DNA of 38,155 nucleotides, taken from positions 1 through 38,155 of the IMG/VR virus record IMGVR_UViG_3300042673_000041; one strand, 5' to 3'. The notes under the pieces were generated by a model, which did no database searches, had not been told where the DNA came from, and saw only the letters and a list, made by a program, of their open reading frames with translations. This document shows positions 1-7,328 of this stretch, piece by piece. The stretch comes from a virus. Its lineage: Duplodnaviria > Caudoviricetes. The first letter of the stretch is position 1. Each line of letters starts with the position of its first letter. Both the position numbers and the translations under genes were made by a program.

Positions 1-284
1 TCTAACACTCCACCATTTTCCTCTTTAACTAATTCGTTAAGAGCATTTATAGTGTAAAGTGAATTAGATTCTTTCTTTCTATGTATTAGGATTGTATTTT
101 CCAACGGAGTTTCAGGTTGGAAAGCGGTATCTATATTATATGTTACAAATAATTCCTCTAAATTGGACTTGTTTTGTAGTATGTATATATAATTGTAGAC
201 TATATGATAAGTCTCTCTAATTTGTTGTAGAGTGTTTTGTAGCTCCTCTTTTGTTGTAAATGTACAAAGTAACTGTGTCTTCAT
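1..284 (-). CDS. hypothetical phage protein, truncated by the left window edge (MKTQLLCTFTTKEELQNTLQQIRETYHIVYNYIYILQNK...HRKKESNSLYTINALNELVKEENGGVL)
   Basis: Translated by hand (absent from the ORF track): ATG at 284, open to the window edge, purine-rich AAGAGGAAGA directly upstream and TATTTATA motif at 311-318. Confidence 0.8.
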   Translation of the reverse strand, partial: MKTQLLCTFTTKEELQNTLQQIRETYHIVYNYIYILQNKSNLEELFVTYNIDTAFQPETPLENTILIHRKKESNSLYTINALNELVKEENGGVL

Positions 285-347
285 TCTTCCTCTTGTTTCT
301 TTTTATTACCTATAAATATAAAAAATCAAAAGGAAGGGTAAAAACCA

Positions 348-3300
348 TTATTTATCATGTTCTTTACAACAATCAGCAAATCCGTCGTGAATACTTAACT
401 CTAATTTCCAACTACCACCATACATAATACCATCAGGTCTACAATTTATTTCACCAATAGGTATTGTACGTTCGCCGTTATCGGTAGCGTAAGCTAATGT
501 AGGTTCACCCTTATAATCAACAATTATTAATTTTTCAACAACATCTTCAAATTTTTCAGCTCCTAAACATTTAGTAATAGTGTCTTTATCTAAGTTAATA
601 CCACCACCTTTTTCACCTAAAATAGCCCACTCTTTACCTTCCATAAGGTCTTTTAATGGAAATTGGGTTGATATGTTTTCTAAAAGAGCCTTTTTGTTAT
701 CATTATCACGTATTAAATATTCCAATACTGCCTTAGAATGGTCATGTGAGTTTTTAGTCAGTTTTTTCTTATAACCAGCAACAGTTGTGTTAGTTCCTAA
801 TGTATTTATCACACCATTCATTAAAGCTACATTCAATTTTTGAACATCTTTTGAACTAGTAATACCCATTTCAGCAATTGCCGCAGAGTAGTTTTCAGGA
901 GTTGATAAATCATATTCTGCTAAAGTATCAAGAGTTTTCATTAACTCCATTGTATATTTGTCACCTTTCTGATTTAAATCTTTTGCAATTTGGGCACATA
1001 CCTTCTTTCTTTCGGCAGGCTTCATATTTAAATAGTTCGTTAAAAACTCATCTCGTTCAGCTACAACTTTCGGATTATCCATAAGTTCTTTATGTAACTT
1101 AGCTTGTCTAATTACCGCTTGCTTTGGATTTGCTTCAGCTGGTATCTTATCCTCATATCTATCTTCAATTTCTCTCATACTTTTGTTTAGTTGAGTTTTT
1201 CTTTCTTTGATAGTCATAGGTCTTTCATTACCTCTTTTATCGGTAATTTTATAATCGCCTGCAGGTGCGTTATCTTCAAGACCATTATAAGAATCCAACT
1301 CATTACCAAATCCAGCATATTGTGCTTTTTCTTCCGGCGTACCCCATCTCAATACTGTAGTTGCAAAAACTCTACCTGTTGTTGAATTAAATGCGTTTAC
1401 TTTTTTACTTTTTTTCAAAGATGGTTGAAGCCACTTTTGAGTTCTACTACCATCCTTACTAATACAATCAACCATAGTATTGATATCAGTAGATTTACCT
1501 TTATCTCTTTTATAGTTTTTAACACCTGCTGCTTGGGCTTCAGATGGTATATCCCAAAAGTTTGTTTTAACTTCATGACCACCAGGACAATCTTTTGCTA
1601 TCTTTCTATGAAATGCTACACAAGAGTCTTGTGCCGAATTTACCCATGCTGCCGTTAATGCGGATGTATTACCACCAGCTTTAATTTGCTCTCTTAAATA
1701 ATTAAAAAATGCATTTCTTTGATTTTCATCTTGTATAGTAGCTCCCATTAAAGTAACTAATTCACCTAATGTAGAATCTAATGTACCAGCTCCAGCTGCA
1801 TCAGTTAAATCGGTTATTGTAAATGGTCCTTTTGCAAAGTTTAATGCATTTGCTAAAACTGACATATACTTTGATGGAAACTTTACCTTTCCTTTTGTAA
1901 CACCCATAGCTTTATATATGTCATCAACTTTAACAGAGTTTATTTCCTTTGCTTTCATAGCTTTTAATCTCTTAACTCTATCATCATGCTTCATACCCGG
2001 TTCACTAAATTTAGAATCGGTATTATATGTTTGTTCAACTTTAGCTGATATATCTCCTTCCAATCTATCATCATAATTTACACTAGAAGTCTTAGATGAT
2101 GCTTTAGATGTAGCTTTTGTTTGGTCTTTTGGTTCAATTACATTTACAGTAACATTCTTACCACTTGGAGTTGTTTTATTTACAGTCTTTTCAAATAATA
2201 AGTGCAACCATTTTTCATCTCCCTCTAATAAAAATCCATTTACTATGCTTTCAGTTTTAACATATTGTGCAGGTCCATCTGGAGTATCTGAATAATAATT
2301 TCCACCAATAGGATATATCACTCCACCTGGCTTTTCATCTGCAGGCTCTGGTTCAGGTAATTTTTCTGATGATTTTTCTTTTTTACCATTTATAATATCA
2401 TCAACTAAATCAGCATGCCCATCTCCAGCAACTACAACCGGTATCTTTCCATTAGAAGATATTTCGTTTTGCTTTTTTATAATGTTTAAATCTCTTGCTC
2501 TATTAAATGCAACTTGAACATCATTAACCTCTGTTTCAGTATCACCATTATCGTCTGGGAATGACAATCTATATAATGTATCTTTATCTTGCTCCGTTGG
2601 AGTATTCCAATTTTCTATTGGAGGGAATCCAGCTTCTTTAGCTGCATCTTGTAAGAATTGTTTTCCTTCCTCATCTAAAAATTTAGATGGACTCATTGTA
2701 TCAGTACCTTCACCCTGTCCAATCATACTAGCCCAATTACCAGCTTTGATTTTAGTTTGTGAAAGACCAGTTTGTTCTTCTTGTGACTTATATAAATTTG
2801 ATTCCGGAGTGTGTACATCTAATTCATCACCATCCCAAGTATCTATTTTTGCTCCTAATTTTTTAAATTCTTCTGATGCATGTATTTGTTCATCATTAAA
2901 TTGTAATTCACCACCATCACCGGTTCTACCACCTTCACCTACAAATACAATATCTTTCCATCTTTCTTTTGGTATAGTTGCTTTAACTTGATTTACAATA
3001 TCATCTATTGCTTTTTCGTTTCTATGTGGTACTCCATAAAGTTGGCCACCTCCATCAAACTGAATTGTTTTTACATCAATACCAGATGATTCACCTTTAA
3101 ATGTTTTAATATTTGATTCAGGATTATCATTATATGGTTTTAATTCTGCAGCCATTGGTTGAGTTGTCTCAGGCTTATTAGCATCTGCTTTTTTAGCCGC
3201 AATACCCATATCTTCTGCAAACTTATTCGCCATTGGTATTACATCCTTAATATCACTATCAATTACATTAACCTTCATTTGTATTTGAGAATCAGGATTT

Positions 3301-4499
3301 GCTGCGTTATATGCTGCTATTGCTGCCCAACGATGATGACCATCTACTACATATCCATCTCTACTTACATAAATTGGTGCGGTAATGTCTGGGTTCTTTG
3401 GGTCTTTTTCTAATGTCCCTAACATACCAACTACTTTAGCACCAACTAATTCATTTTGAGTTGCTTTTAATTTATCAGCTGGTATTTCAGTTTGAGTAAC
3501 CTTAATACCTTTTTGATTTAACATTTCTTTAAATACCGGTTCAGTATCTACCTCACCATCTTTATTAACCGGCATATCTGCTGCTCTACTACCAGCAATT
3601 GCTTTACCTTTGAATTGTGGCATTTCCTCTCTTGGAATTCCTAAGTTATCATCACAATATAAGTTTGTACCCGGTACAGTTATTTGACAAAGATTAATGT
3701 TTGGTATTTTTTCACCATTAGCTTTTGCATCATCAACTATTTTTTTAACTTTTTGAATATCAGTATTAAATTTAGCTAAATCTCCAGAATCTATTCCGTC
3801 TGGTATATCAGAACCGCCGCCAAACACATTCGGGTCAGCTTGTGGCATTTCCTTTGCTACGTCTTGTGCCTCTATTGGATTAAACTTAGCATCTAATGGA
3901 TTTGTTTCATCTTCTGCTTTTTTATCTGCTGCCGCATCTTCTTTATCAGTCTTTGCTAATTTAGCACTTGCGGCTTTTTCTCTATCTAATCTAGCAGCCA
4001 TAGCCGGGTCCACTTCAGGATCAAACATGGCAGCTGCCTGTTTCATTTTATCTTCTTCACCTCCCGCTTGAGGAGCTTCATCTTCTTTACCACTTGGTTT
4101 TTGACCTGCTAACTCCCCACTCTTACCATCTTTCTCACTTCCTAAATCCTGCATTGCTGCATCTTTCTCAGCTGCATCTGCTGGTAACAATTTCTCTGCT
4201 GCTATTCTACCGGGATGGTCTTTTGGTAATCTCAATAAGTTACCAACAATACCTTCGGCATCTTCACCTTTGGCATTTTTATATTTAATTGATTTATTAA
4301 GAATTGGATTGGTAAATTGTTTACCATCAGCTTCAGTAAGAGTTTGTATTAATTCGTGTTTAATTTCATTCAATCCCATTTCGGAAAGAACGGCTGATAA
4401 CTCATTAATATGCTTTGGGTTATTTGGATTTGGTTGGCCATCATCTATTCTATATGCCCATTCTACCAATATCTCATTAATTAATTCTGATAAAGTCAT
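348..4499 (-). CDS. large multidomain protein (1383 aa): ParB/Srx-like domain, TraB/Tiki/EreA-ChaN-like domain and C-terminal PD-(D/E)xK-like domain; possibly virion-internal
   Basis: ParB-like motif LKATQNEL...PIYVSRDGYVVDGHHRWAA; LYGVPH...VFVGEG...RARD...VVVAGDGH resembles TraB/Tiki motifs; GE...STDI...SLKK resembles a restriction-endonuclease fold. The CDS is certain; the second and third domain calls are tentative. Confidence 0.7.
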   Translation of the reverse strand: MTLSELINEILVEWAYRIDDGQPNPNNPKHINELSAVLSEMGLNEIKHELIQTLTEADGKQFTNPILNKSIKYKNAKGEDAEGIVGNLLRLPKDHPGRIAAEKLLPADAAEKDAAMQDLGSEKDGKSGELAGQKPSGKEDEAPQAGGEEDKMKQAAAMFDPEVDPAMAARLDREKAASAKLAKTDKEDAAADKKAEDETNPLDAKFNPIEAQDVAKEMPQADPNVFGGGSDIPDGIDSGDLAKFNTDIQKVKKIVDDAKANGEKIPNINLCQITVPGTNLYCDDNLGIPREEMPQFKGKAIAGSRAADMPVNKDGEVDTEPVFKEMLNQKGIKVTQTEIPADKLKATQNELVGAKVVGMLGTLEKDPKNPDITAPIYVSRDGYVVDGHHRWAAIAAYNAANPDSQIQMKVNVIDSDIKDVIPMANKFAEDMGIAAKKADANKPETTQPMAAELKPYNDNPESNIKTFKGESSGIDVKTIQFDGGGQLYGVPHRNEKAIDDIVNQVKATIPKERWKDIVFVGEGGRTGDGGELQFNDEQIHASEEFKKLGAKIDTWDGDELDVHTPESNLYKSQEEQTGLSQTKIKAGNWASMIGQGEGTDTMSPSKFLDEEGKQFLQDAAKEAGFPPIENWNTPTEQDKDTLYRLSFPDDNGDTETEVNDVQVAFNRARDLNIIKKQNEISSNGKIPVVVAGDGHADLVDDIINGKKEKSSEKLPEPEPADEKPGGVIYPIGGNYYSDTPDGPAQYVKTESIVNGFLLEGDEKWLHLLFEKTVNKTTPSGKNVTVNVIEPKDQTKATSKASSKTSSVNYDDRLEGDISAKVEQTYNTDSKFSEPGMKHDDRVKRLKAMKAKEINSVKVDDIYKAMGVTKGKVKFPSKYMSVLANALNFAKGPFTITDLTDAAGAGTLDSTLGELVTLMGATIQDENQRNAFFNYLREQIKAGGNTSALTAAWVNSAQDSCVAFHRKIAKDCPGGHEVKTNFWDIPSEAQAAGVKNYKRDKGKSTDINTMVDCISKDGSRTQKWLQPSLKKSKKVNAFNSTTGRVFATTVLRWGTPEEKAQYAGFGNELDSYNGLEDNAPAGDYKITDKRGNERPMTIKERKTQLNKSMREIEDRYEDKIPAEANPKQAVIRQAKLHKELMDNPKVVAERDEFLTNYLNMKPAERKKVCAQIAKDLNQKGDKYTMELMKTLDTLAEYDLSTPENYSAAIAEMGITSSKDVQKLNVALMNGVINTLGTNTTVAGYKKKLTKNSHDHSKAVLEYLIRDNDNKKALLENISTQFPLKDLMEGKEWAILGEKGGGINLDKDTITKCLGAEKFEDVVEKLIIVDYKGEPTLAYATDNGERTIPIGEINCRPDGIMYGGSWKLELSIHDGFADCCKEHDK

Positions 4500-5143
4500 T
4501 ATTTTTTAAATTTAAATCCAGTTAGTTTTTCTATATCAATTACATCTACTTGATTGTTATGTATCCCATCGGGTTTAGATGTATCGTTATCAAAAAGAAA
4601 CGCCATCCATTCTTTACTTTTTACAATATAAATTACTTTCCAACATTGTTTTGGAACTGCTACCTTACCAACACCAATTGTTTTTGCTACTCCGATATTA
4701 CCACACCATATTTTTACCGAATCTTGTTGTCTAGCTAAATCTCTTTCCATTGTTTCAACCGATTTCCAATCACCAGCATTTAATCTATGATACTGTGCAG
4801 CCATATTTGAATAATAGAACGATTCGTCCTGTATTGCTGCCGTTTGACAAAGATTTTCTGCAGCTGGCATCATATGTCCTCTATCAGTTCCACTTCCCAC
4901 ATAATCAGCTCCCAAATTTGTTTCTTTTGGTAACAATGGGTCTGGTTTAAAATTATCCTTTCTAGCCATTGGAGTTGGGCATCCTACTTTAGCTTTTGTA
5001 ATCCACCATTCCACCATTACTGGATATTTTTTTGATTTAGAATAGTGCGATGTGTAATTGGTATGTTTTAAAACCACCACATCTTGAGCTACTCCACTTA
5101 TTAAAATAAACAGGAAAGGAAATAAAACTAAAATTTTCTTCAT
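4499..5143 (-). CDS. DNA/RNA non-specific endonuclease (NucA/EndoG beta-beta-alpha-Me family) with N-terminal signal peptide
   Basis: DYVGSGTDRGHMMPA, FYYSNMAAQYHRLNAGDWKSVE and VAVPKQCWKV motifs. Start moved from 5209 to the ATG at 5143 (MKKILVLFPFLFILISGVAQ), which gives a signal peptide, removes the overlap with the polymerase and lies 25 nt from a TATTTATA motif. Confidence 0.92.
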   Translation of the reverse strand: MKKILVLFPFLFILISGVAQDVVVLKHTNYTSHYSKSKKYPVMVEWWITKAKVGCPTPMARKDNFKPDPLLPKETNLGADYVGSGTDRGHMMPAAENLCQTAAIQDESFYYSNMAAQYHRLNAGDWKSVETMERDLARQQDSVKIWCGNIGVAKTIGVGKVAVPKQCWKVIYIVKSKEWMAFLFDNDTSKPDGIHNNQVDVIDIEKLTGFKFKK

Positions 5144-5181
5144 ATTATAGCACATTTTTGTATATACTATAAATATGGTTG

Positions 5182-6465
5182 TTATAACTTTCCGTAATCT
5201 AATCCCCAACTTGCTTTTATCGGGAAACCACCTTCTTCAATGATATCCTTCAAATCCTTAATCATATTCGGGTCAACATCAGTAGGAACATCAAAAAGAA
5301 ACGAATCATAGGTATATAAATCCAATGTAATTCCACTTCCCTTAATATAATCCAATATCGTTCTCATCTTATCCACATTCATTTCAGTTTCTACCGCTTG
5401 AAGTAGATAGTTGAATACTTTTTGTGGGTTAGGCTGTTCAATCCAATCCAACGGAATTTCTCTATGTGGTGTTTGTAGGAATCCACTCTTTTGTGTTTCA
5501 ATCCATAGGTTATCAATGTAATCAGCTACCGAATTAAGATATGGAATTTGGCGAAAATCATCATCAATACCACCATATAATAAACGAAACGTAATTCCCT
5601 TTCCTTCGTTCACATCACATCCATATTGTTCAGCCAACCATTCATGTACATTTCCTTCCGGCATATGGAACTTAATCAACTTACCAATTAGTCTTGGGTG
5701 ATATGCGTTATAATCCATTTGTAGATAAATTCCATCCGATACAAAACATTCTCTACTACCATCCGTTTTGTTGAGGGCGGCATAGTTCACACCACCATGT
5801 CTATTAGATGGTCTACCTGTCACCGTAAATGGATTATATTCCGTAAACACTAAATTATCGGGTGAAAGCTGTTTGGAAGCTTGTGGCCATCTATCAATAA
5901 ATTTTTCCCTATCGACACGGATTCCTATTTGTTCAATTCGGGCTAAGGTTGGTATAAAAATATCGTTATACCAATTATAAGTTTTAGATTTCTGATTGAT
6001 TGATTTACCAAGTTCGTTTTCAATTGCTTCACACAATTTGAGAATGGGAATGGATTGAATGATGTCCTCTTTGTAACCCTTATGAATAAAGGGAGCCACT
6101 AAGTGTTGTATTGGTTGAGAGTAGTCTATTGTTTTACCATGCTTTAAGAAATAAGCAGTGTCAACATCATTCAAGCCTTCCCTTACATCCGTAAAAGATT
6201 GTAGTAGCTTTTTCTTTTGAAATACCCATTTTTCTCCGGTAGTATTTAGTACCCCACATATTTGCTCATTAGAGAGTGATAGAGCGTCTGTATGTTGTTG
6301 TGGTAGTATATACTTGTCCGATTGGGTTCTAACGAATATAAACGATATATGAGTGTTATTAGGGTGCTTATCATTATCTACCCACATAGGATACCAAATG
6401 GAAGCTTCGGTCTCCAGCTTTACACTCAATTCGTTTAATTCATCAATAGACTCAACAATTATCAT
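5182..6465 (-). CDS. compact, divergent family A DNA polymerase (PolA-like)
   Basis: TVTGRPS, motif A LQMDYNAYHPRL, motif B GKGITFRLLYG, FNYLLQAVE and motif C LYTYDSFLFD. The ATG at 6465 is preferred over the track TTG at 6474, which lies inside the -7 promoter element. Confidence 0.88.
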   Translation of the reverse strand: MIIVESIDELNELSVKLETEASIWYPMWVDNDKHPNNTHISFIFVRTQSDKYILPQQHTDALSLSNEQICGVLNTTGEKWVFQKKKLLQSFTDVREGLNDVDTAYFLKHGKTIDYSQPIQHLVAPFIHKGYKEDIIQSIPILKLCEAIENELGKSINQKSKTYNWYNDIFIPTLARIEQIGIRVDREKFIDRWPQASKQLSPDNLVFTEYNPFTVTGRPSNRHGGVNYAALNKTDGSRECFVSDGIYLQMDYNAYHPRLIGKLIKFHMPEGNVHEWLAEQYGCDVNEGKGITFRLLYGGIDDDFRQIPYLNSVADYIDNLWIETQKSGFLQTPHREIPLDWIEQPNPQKVFNYLLQAVETEMNVDKMRTILDYIKGSGITLDLYTYDSFLFDVPTDVDPNMIKDLKDIIEEGGFPIKASWGLDYGKL

Positions 6466-6471
6466 AGGATA

Positions 6472-6503
6472 CAAAGATACAAAAAAAATCCCAAACTACC
6501 AAA
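6472..6503 (-). promoter_or_regulatory. Bacteroidota housekeeping-type promoter for the polymerase gene (TTTG-N20-TATCTTTG)
   Basis: Minus strand reads TTTG GTAGTTTGGGATTTTTTTTG TATCTTTG TATCCT ATG, matching the -33 TTTG / -7 TAnnTTTG consensus with a 20-nt spacer. Confidence 0.75.
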
Positions 6504-6522
6504 TTAATGTAGAATGGGATTA
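6481..6522 (-). terminator. intrinsic terminator downstream of tmRNA
   Basis: Minus strand AATCCCA-TT-CTAC-ATTAATTTG-GTAG-TT-TGGGATT followed by a T run, starting 4 nt after the tmRNA discriminator base. Confidence 0.7.
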
Positions 6523-6525
6523 TTG

Positions 6526-6909
6526 TGGAGGTGATGGGATTCGAACCCATGTCTTGCAAAGTAATCGTAATACCAACGAATTACACGTTTAGGATAAAGT
6601 TTAATCTTATTAACTTTCCAAAATAATTGGGGCCGTATGGTTAGTACAGCTTTCCACCAACCTATCAGTTTTTAAGAGCCGATAGGTAGAGCTCCGTTTT
6701 ATTCACTTCTATTTAAATGTTCCACGAGTGATGCGGAATGAACTAAGCAGCGTATGCGTACTCAGATGCACCAATGAATTCCATCATAGAATCAAAGGTC
6801 ATAGTTGACATTTCGTCAGTTATTGTTTTGTACAGATTTAAAGACATCTAGCACTTCTGTCTACGTGTGATACTACCATTCTCATCACAATCAATTCCAA
6901 GGCACCCCC
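6526..6909 (-). ncRNA. ssrA: tmRNA (transfer-messenger RNA), 384 nt, tag (A)DEMSTMTFDSMMEFIGASEYAYAA*
   Basis: 5' GGGGGTG pairs with 3' CACCTCC-A including the G3.U alanine identity wobble. T-arm ATGGG-TTCGAAT-CCCAT; D-loop-like TTGGAATTGA; helix-2 pairs ACACGT/ACGTGT. Resume context ATAACT-GAC and tag ORF 6817-6743 ending YAYAA-TAG. Confidence 0.95.
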
Positions 6910-6923
6910 CAAGTTTGTTTATG

Positions 6924-6955
6924 TAAATATACGAAAAATAATCCAATCCACCAAA
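6924..6955 (-). promoter_or_regulatory. Bacteroidota-type promoter for ssrA (TTTG-N20-TATATTTA)
   Basis: Minus strand TTTG GTGGATTGGATTATTTTTCG TATATTTA has the same 20-nt spacing and a similar spacer to the polymerase promoter, and ends 14 nt before the mature tmRNA 5' end. Confidence 0.65.
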
Positions 6956-7312
6956 TTAAGGTTGATGAAATTGTAAATAATTTGGAAGATATAATATAAG
7001 TGCTTTCATATCAGATGAAGCCAATCTTATTGATGCTTTATTTGATTCTCTAGCTTTATCGGCATCTCCGCTTATTTTCCATTTTAATATTATTGATTTA
7101 TAAAATGGACTTATTAAAACATTTTGATATATTGTGGAATCTATCTCATATATAAATGAGTCAGGATCATTTACTTTTTGAGCAAAATATCTTTCTATAA
7201 AACCCCTTTTGTAATCAAACTCATCCGGAGTTGGTATATGTACAATTATAGTAGTAATATTATCAATCTCATCCCTTCCGCTTGGAATTACCGTATATTT
7301 ACTTATATCCAT
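6956..7312 (-). CDS. hypothetical protein (118 aa), last gene of the baseplate cluster
   Basis: Clean ORF, co-oriented and tightly packed after the hub-like gene; no function recognised. Confidence 0.8.
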   Translation of the reverse strand: MDISKYTVIPSGRDEIDNITTIIVHIPTPDEFDYKRGFIERYFAQKVNDPDSFIYEIDSTIYQNVLISPFYKSIILKWKISGDADKARESNKASIRLASSDMKALILYLPNYLQFHQP

Positions 7313-7328
7313 TACTATTTTTTTTGGT

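Noticed and set aside
5144-5209. Track-predicted N-terminal extension of the nuclease (MGIRLRK...)
   Set aside because: It overlaps the polymerase 3' end and contains the upstream motif; the ATG at 5143 gives a clean signal peptide.
6526-6555. tRNA-like T-arm and acceptor strand
   Set aside because: No anticodon arm adjoins it, and the pairing 5' strand is about 380 nt away; it is the 3' end of the tmRNA.
6353-6592. 79-aa plus-strand ORF
   Set aside because: Antisense to the polymerase start, the terminator and the tmRNA 3' end.
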